A stretch of 64,000 nucleotides of DNA from Oscillospiraceae bacterium (GTDB lineage: Bacteria; Bacillota; Clostridia; Oscillospirales; CAG-272). Positions 35,974-45,809 of this stretch are shown here, piece after piece (the first letter of the stretch is position 1; each line of letters starts with the position of its first letter). The stretch covers positions 15,801-79,800 of the forward strand of contig SVSL01000001.1 of NCBI GenBank assembly GCA_015064315.1, read 5' to 3'. A program made the position numbers and the translations under genes. A model generated the notes under the pieces. That model saw nothing but the letters and a program-made list of their open reading frames with translations, did no database searches and was not told the DNA's origin.

Positions 35974-36169
35974 AAAAGCTCTCCTTTCGGATTATATACA
36001 AAACAAACAGATCGTTTCGTTACCATTATACAGAAAAGAAAAGAAAAAGTCAAGGGCTTTTAAAAGAATACAAAAAAATCCCCAAAAACCGATTGCTTTT
36101 TGAGGCGTTTTGTGATATGATATAAGTGAGGAACAAAATTACCCTTTTCACGGAAGGAGAGCTTACACC

Positions 36170-37222
36170 GTGGCTGATCAACGCTTGAACGTCGCCGTCT
36201 TTTTTGGCGGCTTTTCCTCCGAATACAGCGTCTCCTTGGAGTCTGCCTATTCGGTCATTTGCAATCTGAATCCGCAAAAATACCGCCCCTTGCCCGTGGG
36301 CATTACCCGTGAGGGAAAATGGCTTTATTTTGATGGAGAGTTTCAAAAAATCCCTGTGGACGAGTGGCAAAACGATGCCGATTGCACCCCCGCGTTCCTT
36401 TCCCCCGAAAGAGGAAGCAAAACGCTCTATCTGATCAAAAAAGAAGGACTTGAAACCATCCCCGTAGACGTTGCCTTCCCCGTCATGCACGGAAAATTCG
36501 GTGAGGACGGAACGATTCAGGGGCTGATTGAGCTTGCCGGCATTCCCTTGGTAGGATGCGGTGTGCTTTCCTCGGCACTTTGCATGGATAAGGATCGCGC
36601 CCACAAGCTTGCCGAGTATGCGGGGATCACGGTTCCCAAATCCATGGCTTTGAAATCGGGATACAACAAGCTTGCTCTTGAAAATTTTGCCGAAAAGACG
36701 GGATACCCCTTGTTTGTAAAGCCCATCAAATCGGGCTCCTCCTACGGTGTAACCAAGGTGTCCGAGCCGAAGGAGCTTTTCCCTGCCGTGGAATTCGCCT
36801 TTGAATTTGACGACGAGGTATTGGTGGAGGAAGGCATTGCGGGCTTTGAGGTTTCCTGCGCCGTCATGGGCAACGACGCGCTTTTGGTGGGAGAGGTTGC
36901 CGAGATCGAAATCATGGGAGATCTCTTTGATTTCAACGAAAAATACACCCACGCAAGCACCGTCGTTCACGTTCCCGCGCGGCTTTCTCCCAAGCTTACG
37001 CAAGAGGTGAAGGAAATTGCCAAGGTGCTTTACCGCGCCCTTGCCTGCCGCGGATTTGCAAGAGTGGATCTCTTCATCACACCCGACGAGAGAATCGTCT
37101 TCAATGAGATCAACACCATCCCCGGCTTCACCGAGCACAGCCTCTACCCCGGTATGATGAAAGCCATCGGGATCTCCTTTCCCGAGGTCGTGGAACGGCT
37201 TGTGGAGCTGGCGGCAGAGTAA
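36170..37222 (+). CDS. ddl: D-alanine--D-alanine ligase (long, Van-ligase-like clade)
   Basis: GTG start. NVAVFFGGFSSEYSVSLES, FPVMHGKFGEDGTIQGLLE-like, EVSCAVMGN and NEINTIPGFT are present. 350 aa. The 393-aa minus ORF 36050..37231 is its antisense. Confidence 0.9.
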   Translation: MADQRLNVAVFFGGFSSEYSVSLESAYSVICNLNPQKYRPLPVGITREGKWLYFDGEFQKIPVDEWQNDADCTPAFLSPERGSKTLYLIKKEGLETIPVDVAFPVMHGKFGEDGTIQGLIELAGIPLVGCGVLSSALCMDKDRAHKLAEYAGITVPKSMALKSGYNKLALENFAEKTGYPLFVKPIKSGSSYGVTKVSEPKELFPAVEFAFEFDDEVLVEEGIAGFEVSCAVMGNDALLVGEVAEIEIMGDLFDFNEKYTHASTVVHVPARLSPKLTQEVKEIAKVLYRALACRGFARVDLFITPDERIVFNEINTIPGFTEHSLYPGMMKAIGISFPEVVERLVELAAE

Positions 37223-37243
37223 TGCAAACATAAGACGTTACAT

Positions 37244-37464
37244 CGTAGGGGCGATTCAAGGCTGTTCGCCATCGCCCGCCCCTTGTTTGGACGAACTCCC
37301 TTAGCCACTTTTTCTTTTGACACCATTGGCGCAATTCAATTGTAGGGGTCGACGTCCTCGACGACCCGAAAACGAACAAATTTCCGCTCGCAATCGACAT
37401 GCTCGCCTTGTTCGCCCGCCCTTAAATCGCCTAAATTCCTTAGCCACTTTTCTTTTTGACACCA
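37244..37464. repeat. cluster 2 of REP-like units plus a 27-28-nt direct repeat
   Basis: CGTAGGGGCGAT...ATCGCCCGCCCC (37244-37282) and TGTAGGGGTCGACGTCCTCGACGACCCG (37341-37368) are REP-like units. The direct repeat CCTTAGCCACTTTT(T)CTTTT(T)GACACCA occurs at 37298-37325 and 37437-37464. Confidence 0.55.
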
Positions 37465-37624
37465 CAGGCGCAAAAAGAAAAGCTCGCAAAAGAAAAACGC
37501 CGAGGATATTTCGCGCTCTGCGGAGCGCGAGGAGGCTTTCGCAGCCTCCACTGCGCAAGCTTTTGAAAAAGCTTGACCAAAACTTTCACGCGAGGCTTGT
37601 GCGAACATTTCTAATAAAAATTAT

Positions 37625-37650
37625 GGCTCTGACGCGTTGGCGTCAGAGCC
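37625..37650. terminator. bidirectional rho-independent terminator (ddl side and GH127-ThuA gene)
   Basis: GGCTCTGACGC-GTTG-GCGTCAGAGCC is a perfect 11-bp stem, with T-runs after it on both strands. It lies 8 nt from the stop at 37658. Confidence 0.75.
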
Positions 37651-37657
37651 GTATTTT

Positions 37658-40390
37658 TTACTGATTAAATTCATCCACGGTCTTTTCGAGAATGTGGGGG
37701 CAATCGTTCTTGATTTCGTAAACAATTTGATTGGGAGCCGCCCAACGAACCGCGTTGGTAATAACCCTTTGTACGTAAGGATTGTAGAAGGACTTGCAGG
37801 TCTCGTGTCCGGGCTGGAAGTAGAATACCTTGCCCGCGCCGCGATGGAAGCAAGCACCCGCACGCATAATGTGACCGTCCTCAAACCACGCGCCAAATAC
37901 CAGCGCATCGGGCTGAGGAATGTAGAAGGGCTCGCTGTAAAGCTCCTCTTCCTCCAGAAGGAAATGATCGGGAATGCCTGCGGCGATCTCGTGAGAAGGC
38001 ATCAAGTTCCACATGATCTCCTTTTGATTTCTGCCCCAGGACAGGTTTCCGTTGGTACCAACAATCGCCTTGAAGGGCTTGGAGTGATGCGCCGAGTGAA
38101 GTGCCACAAAGCCCATCTTGCCAAGATATACGCGGTTGCGGATCTTTTCCACCAGCTTGTCATCTACCTTGTTATGGGCAACGTGTCCCCACCAGATCAG
38201 TACGTCGGTGTTGTTCAAAACCTCATCGGGAAGTCCTTGATCGGGATCGCACAGTGCCGCCAGACGGATCTCCATGTCCTCATTCTTCTTCAAGAAGTCG
38301 CGAACAAAGCCATGAATGCCATCGGGATAGAGCGCTCTTACGGATTCCTTTTTCTTTTCATGAACATACTCGTTCCAAACGGTAACGCGGATCACGTTGC
38401 GCTTTTGCTTATGAATTGCCTTCAAGGGCATCCAAACCTCGTGCAAGGACTGTTCGTCCCAAGTCTTACCCGCGCTGGAGAAGTCCACCAAGGTCATGCT
38501 CTCATCGTTGAAAAGTGCCACCTTAACCGCGCAAACCGTCTCAAAATCAACGGCATCGGCTTCCAAAAGCTCGGTGATGGCATATCCGTCCGCATCCACA
38601 AGGATGTGTACGGGATCAAAGCTGTTGCCCTTGATCCGTGCGTCACGCGCCAGCATCAAAGGACCGCGGCGAAGAGCAAAGAAGTTCCTGTCGCTGGGAT
38701 CCTCGCGCACCTCGATCACCTTCTGACCGTTGCGGATCACGTCTCTGCCCCAAGAATCGGGACGGTAAAGCTCGGTTCTCATATCCAAGGAAAGGCTGAT
38801 CTCGTCTCCATTCTTCCACAAACGATCGATCACGGTATAGCCCGGCGTTACCTCTACAGCTTCCCCGCCAACCGAAAGAGTCGTCTGAACGCTCCACGTG
38901 GGAATACGCAAAGCAATGGAGAACGCTTCCTTCTTGCGAAGCTTCAATGCAATCTTGATCTCGCCCTTTCGAGGATATCCACCACTGATGGAAAGCCCCA
39001 GCTTGTTGCCCTCGGGCGTCTTTGTCTCCATATCGCAATCCGAATAGAGATTGAGCGCAATGCCGCCCTCTGCCTTCATCAAAGCAATATGACCGACCAA
39101 GCCCGCGCCCGCCGCGCCGATACAAGCGCAACAGCCGTAGTAGGTATGATCCGCTGCAAATTGCTGGAGTCCTCCCACCTGTCTGCCGCGGACGTTGAGA
39201 CGCATCTCGCTGTAGCTGTCAAAGGGCAGATAAGTCAGCGTAGGATTCTTGTATTGCATCAGATCGGAATCCACCTGATGCGCGGGAAGAACCACGTTCT
39301 GATTGGTATTCAATGCACCTGCATAAGCGTTGTAGAGAGATTGCTCAAAGCAATCGGCATACTTGGGATCTCCCGTCAAAATCAGCATACGGAGGCAGAA
39401 CTTCATCCACGTCACGGTCACGCAGGTCTCCTGCTTGATGCCTGTGAAATAAGAAGACGTTTGACGTGCTCCCGAATGGTCGAAAAGCTCGTGGGTCATG
39501 CCCGCACAGCCAATGACGGTAATATCCGATTCCAGCACGCGCTTCCCAAAGTTTTCTACCGCCTTGCGGTATTTTTCCTCGCCTGTTACAAAGGAGTATT
39601 CCAAAACGCCCTCAAAGAAGGAGATCATTTCGTATGCCTTGGTCACGGGATACTGATAGGGGTAGAGGTTATCCTGCATGGAAAGCGCCAGAATGTTCCC
39701 CCAGGTAGAGCCGCCGCAGGAAATGATATGATGGGCAAGCTCCAGGTAATTTTCTTTCTTTGTCAGCTTATAAAGCAGCATCACGGGCTCGAGGATTGAG
39801 GACGCGTTGAGTCCGCCCCAATGCTTGACGTTTTTGGTGATGGGACGCTTTCCGTCCTTCTCGTCGCCAAACTTTTCGGCAATATAGTCGGCGTGAGCAA
39901 TGACCTTTTCAAGGATCTCGGCCTTCAGTGCCTCGTCACGGCAGATCTCCATGAAATAGATGAGAGAGAGCATAATATACTTTCTGCCCCAGGTATCCCA
40001 CTTGGTAAACTCGTTTTCTACCGTGTAGGAGGAAATGCGTCCGTAGCCGTCGGCAGTGGAAATCAGATCGCGCACGGTCTTTTCCAAAACCCGATAGAGC
40101 TTCAGATCCTGCGTGATCGAATAAACGTAAACCGCGCCGCGCATCATCTTTCCCCAGTACTCGCAGCGCCAGCCGCCAACCGTCAGGTCATCCTCATGGG
40201 TGCGGAAGGGAGAAACAAAGCGCTCCCACATCTTTTTATCCATCAACTGGGTCTCGGTGATAAAACGGAGCATCTGCTCCACCTGTCCGTGATAGTGAAC
40301 CGTCTTATCGCGGTCAAAGGCTACCGTGGGAAGGCATTTGGCATTTGCTGCCTCATGTCTTAAAAAAATCGGATTTTTCATAGTCTTCAC
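37658..40390 (-). CDS. fusion protein: GH127/DUF1680-like glycoside hydrolase + C-terminal ThuA-like domain
   Basis: 910 aa. The N-terminal ~660 aa carry QETCVTV and YYGCCACIG (ETC and GCC Cys motifs, as in beta-L-arabinofuranosidase HypBA1). The C-terminal ~240 aa carry RVTVWNEYVHEK, LIWWGHVAH and VALHSAHHSKPF, which are ThuA-like. No signal peptide. Confidence 0.72.
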   Translation of the reverse strand: MKTMKNPIFLRHEAANAKCLPTVAFDRDKTVHYHGQVEQMLRFITETQLMDKKMWERFVSPFRTHEDDLTVGGWRCEYWGKMMRGAVYVYSITQDLKLYRVLEKTVRDLISTADGYGRISSYTVENEFTKWDTWGRKYIMLSLIYFMEICRDEALKAEILEKVIAHADYIAEKFGDEKDGKRPITKNVKHWGGLNASSILEPVMLLYKLTKKENYLELAHHIISCGGSTWGNILALSMQDNLYPYQYPVTKAYEMISFFEGVLEYSFVTGEEKYRKAVENFGKRVLESDITVIGCAGMTHELFDHSGARQTSSYFTGIKQETCVTVTWMKFCLRMLILTGDPKYADCFEQSLYNAYAGALNTNQNVVLPAHQVDSDLMQYKNPTLTYLPFDSYSEMRLNVRGRQVGGLQQFAADHTYYGCCACIGAAGAGLVGHIALMKAEGGIALNLYSDCDMETKTPEGNKLGLSISGGYPRKGEIKIALKLRKKEAFSIALRIPTWSVQTTLSVGGEAVEVTPGYTVIDRLWKNGDEISLSLDMRTELYRPDSWGRDVIRNGQKVIEVREDPSDRNFFALRRGPLMLARDARIKGNSFDPVHILVDADGYAITELLEADAVDFETVCAVKVALFNDESMTLVDFSSAGKTWDEQSLHEVWMPLKAIHKQKRNVIRVTVWNEYVHEKKKESVRALYPDGIHGFVRDFLKKNEDMEIRLAALCDPDQGLPDEVLNNTDVLIWWGHVAHNKVDDKLVEKIRNRVYLGKMGFVALHSAHHSKPFKAIVGTNGNLSWGRNQKEIMWNLMPSHEIAAGIPDHFLLEEEELYSEPFYIPQPDALVFGAWFEDGHIMRAGACFHRGAGKVFYFQPGHETCKSFYNPYVQRVITNAVRWAAPNQIVYEIKNDCPHILEKTVDEFNQ

Positions 40391-40518
40391 CTTTCTGTTT
40401 CAACGCCTCATAAGCGTTTTGGTTTACAAAAAAAGTATAAATCATTTTTGCACGGATTGCAAGTTACCGTTTGTTTTATAAAGGACAAAAATTGCTGTTC
40501 TAAGAAAACACTCCCGAA

Positions 40519-42690
40519 TCAGTCAATCGCGGTCAAGGTAAACAGAACCGCCTCAAAATCCTTGGGCATACGTTCCAGATAAATGCCCACGTTACAAAGA
40601 ACCGAGCCGCTCAGAACGGTATCCAGCTCCTCAATGCGATAATGCTTATCGGGATCAAGACCTGCCGCACGGGCGATGAGATCACTGTTGTGCGGATTGA
40701 GTGCCTGATAGAAGACCATCATTGCCCGCTTCTTGTCCTTGGAAACCACAGTCTGCGACATAAAGTTACTGTGAAGTCGATTCTCACGGCGGTAAAGATC
40801 GCCCTCCAGAATCAGCTTTTCGGTGCTTCTGTGCTTCTTGATATTCTCGGCAATGGTGGAAAGCTCCTCCTCGGAAACGCGCAAAGGATCAAATTCATAT
40901 CCCAACACGCCCTGCCTTGCAATATTGGTACGGGCGCGCACCGATGCGGCTCTGCCGTTGCGGATATTGGGGGAAGCAGACACGTGGCAGGAGATTGAGC
41001 TCAAGGGGAAACAAAGGCTTGTACCGTACTGGATCTCGGTGCGGTCGTTGGTATCGGTGTTGTCGCTGGTCCAGTATTGGGGGAAGAACTTGAGCATGGC
41101 GCCGTCAAAGCGTCCACCGCCTCCGGAGCAGCCCTCAAAGATAATCTCGGGAAAGCTTTCGGTCAGATACTTCGCCAATTCATAAACACCGAGGATATAG
41201 CGATGCTGAACCTCTCCCTGTCTGTCTGCGGGAAGCAGACGCGACCAGTTCTCGGTCATGTGGCGGTTACAATCCCACTTGATGTAGTTGGCTCCGCTCT
41301 CGCTGATCACGCGGTACATGGATGCCTTGATATAATCCAACACGTCGCGACGGGTCAGGTCGAGAATACATTGGTTACGGGAAACCACGGGCTTGCGATC
41401 GGGAGAGGAAATGATCCAATCGGGATGGGCGCGATAAAGGTCGCTATCGGGGTTGATCATTTCGGGCTCGATCCAAAGGCCGAAGTTCATGCCTGCGGCG
41501 TGACAGTGATCCGAGATCTCCTTGAGTCCGCCGGGCAGCTTTTGCGTGTTGACGAACCAGTCACCAAGTCCGGCAAAAGCGTTGTTACGCGCGCCGAACC
41601 AGCCGTCGTCCAAAACAAAGGTATCAATTTCGCTTCCCTTGATGGCATCAATAGCATCCAGGAGGCGTTTGTTGTCAAATTTAAAGTGCATTCCCTCCCA
41701 GCTGTTGAGAACCACGGGTCTGGGACGGTACACAAAATTGGGATTGATCACGTAATTGCGGTAAAAATCGTGATAGGAACGGCTCATTTTGCCAAGTCCC
41801 TCGTTGGAGTAGCAAAGAACCGCCTCGGGAGTCTCAAAGGTCTCGCCGCTCTCCAGCTTCCAGGTAAAGGTATCGGGACGGATGCCTGCTAAAAGTCTGG
41901 TCTTTCCGTACTGATCCACCTCTACGCATTCATAGTGAGAGCTGCTGTACATGAGGCTGCAAGCAAACACGTCCCCGGTCTCCTCGGTCACGTTTGGACG
42001 AAGGAGGGCTACAAAGGGAGAATGCTGATGGGAGGAGTTTCCGCGGCAGTTGCCCACTACGATCTGTCCGTAATTGGCAGGGGTAATACACTCGCGGCGC
42101 TCCTCGTGGTGTCCGCCCGGAAGGGTCAGCACGTTGAAATCATGATCCCAAAAATCCAAGGAAGCAGACAGGGCGCGGCGCAGCTTTACAAAGTCCTTGC
42201 CAAGGTTTTGGATCTCGGCGCGGCGAGTGATAATGTTCTCATCCTCGTAAACCGTGTAATAAAGCTTCACGCGAAGAGAAAGCACCTCGTCCCAAAGTGA
42301 GACGACCAGCGTTTCTCCGCCACGGGCGGTGGGAATTCCGGATCCGATCTCGGGCTTCGTCGAAAGGATCTCAAATCCCTCATAGCGCAGATCCGTCACG
42401 GGACATCCCTTGGCATCCTCCACGCAAATGGCGTAGTCTCGGAACTCTCCGTAGTTTGCCACGGGATATTCGGGAAAAATGGAGGAGTAGCGATCCTGCT
42501 CCCCATCGATCTGAGCGGTATAGTCGTTGTAAACGTGAGATTTGTAAAAATACCGCAGATCGGCATCCTCACCAAGACGCGCGCCGTAATATTTATGGCA
42601 CAAATAATTGAAGCGATCGGCCCCCATCACGTAGGAAAAATCCTTTCCTCTGAGATGGAATTGCTTTTGATCGATCTGAATAATACTCAT
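40519..42690 (-). CDS. alpha-galactosidase, GH36
   Basis: 723 aa. FVLDDGWFGARN, IKWDCNR and CSGGGGRFD are GH36 catalytic-region motifs. Confidence 0.85.
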   Translation of the reverse strand: MSIIQIDQKQFHLRGKDFSYVMGADRFNYLCHKYYGARLGEDADLRYFYKSHVYNDYTAQIDGEQDRYSSIFPEYPVANYGEFRDYAICVEDAKGCPVTDLRYEGFEILSTKPEIGSGIPTARGGETLVVSLWDEVLSLRVKLYYTVYEDENIITRRAEIQNLGKDFVKLRRALSASLDFWDHDFNVLTLPGGHHEERRECITPANYGQIVVGNCRGNSSHQHSPFVALLRPNVTEETGDVFACSLMYSSSHYECVEVDQYGKTRLLAGIRPDTFTWKLESGETFETPEAVLCYSNEGLGKMSRSYHDFYRNYVINPNFVYRPRPVVLNSWEGMHFKFDNKRLLDAIDAIKGSEIDTFVLDDGWFGARNNAFAGLGDWFVNTQKLPGGLKEISDHCHAAGMNFGLWIEPEMINPDSDLYRAHPDWIISSPDRKPVVSRNQCILDLTRRDVLDYIKASMYRVISESGANYIKWDCNRHMTENWSRLLPADRQGEVQHRYILGVYELAKYLTESFPEIIFEGCSGGGGRFDGAMLKFFPQYWTSDNTDTNDRTEIQYGTSLCFPLSSISCHVSASPNIRNGRAASVRARTNIARQGVLGYEFDPLRVSEEELSTIAENIKKHRSTEKLILEGDLYRRENRLHSNFMSQTVVSKDKKRAMMVFYQALNPHNSDLIARAAGLDPDKHYRIEELDTVLSGSVLCNVGIYLERMPKDFEAVLFTLTAID

Positions 42691-42738
42691 TTGCAGTTCC
42701 TTTCATGCTTGTTATCGAAAAAAACATCTTTTTGAAGA

Positions 42739-42769
42739 TACCGCCGCAGCCGCTATGCGGCCGCGGCGG
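42739..42769 (-). terminator. GC-rich terminator after PHP-domain paralog 1
   Basis: ACCGCCGCAGCCGC-TAT-GCGGCCGCGGCGGT, followed on the minus strand by a T-rich tract. It lies 25 nt after the stop at 42794. Confidence 0.65.
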
Positions 42770-42793
42770 TTGATGAATCCTATCGTTTGGGGA

Positions 42794-45712
42794 TCAGCCA
42801 AGTGTTTTGATCGTCTCGGCAACCATATCTGCCAAGCACTGCGCACCTGCGCAAGAAAGCTCGTCAACCTTCTTGACCGTTACGATCATACCCTCGGCCT
42901 GCGATGCGGTAAAGTAATCCACAACGGGAAGCTTGCGCTCCTTGGCGATCTCATTCACCGTCTCGATCATGCCGCCATCCTCATAGAGAACCTTCTTGCG
43001 GACGTCATCAATGATACGCGCAAAGGGCGTGACTACAATATTCTTGGCGCCCCACTCCTCAAAGGTCTTGAGGATCTCGTGATAGCCCTCGATGAAAGCA
43101 GGCTTATAGGTATCCCAATGTGCGGAATTGGAACGGGACAGATCCGAGCATCCAAACCAGGATACCACGATCTGAGGCGCAAACTTCTTCATCGCCTTGA
43201 CGTTGACCCGTGCATTTTCCAGGAAGTAGGTCTCAGAGGTGGTAGCCGCTCTTGCCTTGATCTTGGAATAAACACGAACGTCGTATCCGTCACCCAGAGC
43301 GATCTGCAGCAAGGAAGCGTAGGAAGGAACCATGGAGCTGCCCTCGCAGAATTGGTCGCCTACAATGGCAACGCGGATCGCATCCTCACGGGGAACGATT
43401 CTCTCCATCTCGATCATCTCGCTCGCGGGAATGATCTCCTCGGGCATGCCGACGATCTCGCCGCCAAGGGTGTTTGCAACCGTCTTGATATGGTGCACCA
43501 GCATATTCTCCTCGGGAGCCTGCTCCTCGGTGAGAATGGAGGTGGTGAAGAAGAGAGGCATGTTGCGTACATAGAAGCCGCGGGTCAGGTTGACGGCAAC
43601 GGTGGAGTATGAAGTGTAGTTGCGGTTGAACCAATCGGCTCTCTTTTTGCCCAGATCGTTTGCGCCAACGGCAATCAGAATGGCGTCGGGCTTGGTGTCA
43701 ACGATATCCAGGAGCAGCTTTTCGGCAGTATTGAACATGTAAGCGTGCAATCCCTTGGCACCGTCATTCTCACCTGCGAACATCAGGATCTCCTTGGCGT
43801 CGGGGAACAACGCGCGTGCCTTTGCCTCCAGCGCGGGAAGATCCAAGCATCCGTCGGTAAACACTGCCAAACGGTTGATTGCCTTCTCGGCAGGCGCCTC
43901 AAAGGTTGCCAATGCCTGACCCTTGGGGAGGTCGAGCTTTACAGGCTCAAAGATAAAGCTTTCCTGCGGCATTGCCGTCTCTCTCAGCTCCAGAACCTCC
44001 AGCGTGGAGCAATTCTGATTCCACCTGTAACGGAAGCAGCCCTTGGGCTGAACGTCGACACCGTGATAGCCCTCTCCGCGGATATAGGCGCGGCAGGTAA
44101 CCTCGTCACCGTAGCAGATCGCCAGCTTTCTGGTAGCATCCTCAACGTTCAGCTTTTCAGCGCAAATATAAACGTCGGACTTCTTGAGAGAAGTGCCAAA
44201 GTATTCGTTGAAATCATCCAGCGTGTTGGAGCCGCTCTTGCCTCTGAGCCAAACAGTCAGCGTGCTGTGTGCCTTGATCTTGGCGTTGATGCGGAATTCC
44301 TGATGCAGACCGCAGTTGTAGATACGGAACTGATACTCGGAAACGTCAACGGTAGCATCGGTCTGATTGAACAGATCGAAGCAGCAATAGGGCTGCTTGG
44401 TATATCCCTGAGACAAATAGCTCTTGGTATTGGAGAAGAGCTGGGTAATGGTCAAGGGAGAGAGATAAACCACCTTGTTTACAGAAACGGTCTGTCCCTT
44501 ATAGGTACCGCGAACGGCGGCAATCAAACGGGTATCGCGGGCACGGATGGGAGCGGTATAGCCGGCGCGTGCCGTCTTCCCTGCTTCAATATCGCCAAGA
44601 ACGGACAGGAAGGGCTTGGACTTTCTCTCCACACTCATGCAAGCGGGATACCAAGAAACCTGAACGTCTTCAAGCTCTGCGTCTCCGAGATTCTTCACGT
44701 CGGCAACAGCCACCAGCTTGCCACCCTGATAGTTGGTTTGGATCTCAACCTCAACAGGGGCATCCTGCTCTACGAAGATCGCACCCGAAATTGCGTAGTG
44801 CATTCCGGAGATACGCTTTACGTAGGTATATTTCTGATCGTCGGGAATAGTGATCTCCCAACGGAAGCTCTTTTCTCTGCCTGCGTCCACCTGTGCCAGC
44901 ACGATGTTGTGCTCACCGATCAGCTGAAGAACGCCAACGCCGCATTCCTTTTCGGTGGTGGCATCGATCTCTACCTTGAGAGAGCCGGTCTTCTTCAGTC
45001 TGGAGCCGATCCACTCGCCGTTTGCCTTGTAGAACATCTTGAAGGAGCGGTCGGTGGTGGCATAGGTCCGATTCTTGCGCATACCGTCGAGAATGTTTTC
45101 ACGGGTCAGCTCCTCTGCCATAACGGCACCCGTCTCCTCGCGTCCCGTGGTCCAGTTGGCACCGTGGGTATCCTCGTTACTGACGGGGCTGATGTGCCAG
45201 CCCATACGCAGTGCGCGGTCGTATTCCTCCTCGATGCAGGAAATGCCGTATTCGGTGATACGGATCTCCATGATGCTGAAGATATCATCCATACGGGGAT
45301 CGAATTTGAAATCGTTGAAGTTACCCCACTTATCGCCGGGATGGTTGAACTGGCCAACGCCGGTCTCGCCAACCTTAGCCATTTCCTCATACCACTCGTC
45401 GAGCGTGAGATTGGTTCTGAAGATCGCCTTAGGAGGAATGATGTTTGCGTGTCCGTAGAAGCCGGTGCCGGCACCGTAGGTCATTTCATAGCCGTAAAGA
45501 GCAGCAAACTTGCCGTCCTCGTTCTTTTCCTCTGCCAGAGAAGGCATTACCGAGAAAAACTTTTCATCGGTCAGCTTGGGACCGTTGTGGTCGGTAACCG
45601 AAAAGTAATCTACCTTACCAACGTTACGGGCATAATCGTATGCTTCGGGGGGAGTGCCTCTACCGTCGGAAAAATCGGTATGCGCATGAACTTCACCGTT
45701 AAAAATTTTCAT
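42794..45712 (-). CDS. PHP-domain metallohydrolase with uncharacterised middle region and two degenerate SGNH-like modules (paralog 1)
   Basis: 972 aa with no signal peptide or TM helix. PHP motifs are EVHAHTDFSDG, TDHN, NHPG and SNEDTH. The C-terminal third has GANDLGKK (SGNH block III-like) but TDGC/GDQF where GDS is expected. Confidence 0.72.
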   Translation of the reverse strand: MKIFNGEVHAHTDFSDGRGTPPEAYDYARNVGKVDYFSVTDHNGPKLTDEKFFSVMPSLAEEKNEDGKFAALYGYEMTYGAGTGFYGHANIIPPKAIFRTNLTLDEWYEEMAKVGETGVGQFNHPGDKWGNFNDFKFDPRMDDIFSIMEIRITEYGISCIEEEYDRALRMGWHISPVSNEDTHGANWTTGREETGAVMAEELTRENILDGMRKNRTYATTDRSFKMFYKANGEWIGSRLKKTGSLKVEIDATTEKECGVGVLQLIGEHNIVLAQVDAGREKSFRWEITIPDDQKYTYVKRISGMHYAISGAIFVEQDAPVEVEIQTNYQGGKLVAVADVKNLGDAELEDVQVSWYPACMSVERKSKPFLSVLGDIEAGKTARAGYTAPIRARDTRLIAAVRGTYKGQTVSVNKVVYLSPLTITQLFSNTKSYLSQGYTKQPYCCFDLFNQTDATVDVSEYQFRIYNCGLHQEFRINAKIKAHSTLTVWLRGKSGSNTLDDFNEYFGTSLKKSDVYICAEKLNVEDATRKLAICYGDEVTCRAYIRGEGYHGVDVQPKGCFRYRWNQNCSTLEVLELRETAMPQESFIFEPVKLDLPKGQALATFEAPAEKAINRLAVFTDGCLDLPALEAKARALFPDAKEILMFAGENDGAKGLHAYMFNTAEKLLLDIVDTKPDAILIAVGANDLGKKRADWFNRNYTSYSTVAVNLTRGFYVRNMPLFFTTSILTEEQAPEENMLVHHIKTVANTLGGEIVGMPEEIIPASEMIEMERIVPREDAIRVAIVGDQFCEGSSMVPSYASLLQIALGDGYDVRVYSKIKARAATTSETYFLENARVNVKAMKKFAPQIVVSWFGCSDLSRSNSAHWDTYKPAFIEGYHEILKTFEEWGAKNIVVTPFARIIDDVRKKVLYEDGGMIETVNEIAKERKLPVVDYFTASQAEGMIVTVKKVDELSCAGAQCLADMVAETIKTLG

Positions 45713-45809
45713 AATGTTTTACCTCTTTTTTCTTTTCACAAATATTTTGATCTCAAGGGGTGCGGAGCGCCTCTCGCCCCCCCCCTTGAAAAAAGGTCTT
45801 GAAAATACG

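Noticed and set aside
36170-37222. Van-type (vancomycin-resistance) ligase.
   Set aside because: The protein belongs by eye to the long Ddl/Van-ligase-like clade (EVSCAVMGN). No vanH, vanX/XY, vanT or vanRS genes are adjacent, and many Clostridia use this clade as their housekeeping Ddl. Substrate specificity cannot be read reliably without an alignment.
36050-37231. 393-aa minus-strand ORF.
   Set aside because: It is the codon-aligned antisense of ddl, with no motifs. ddl itself is unambiguous.
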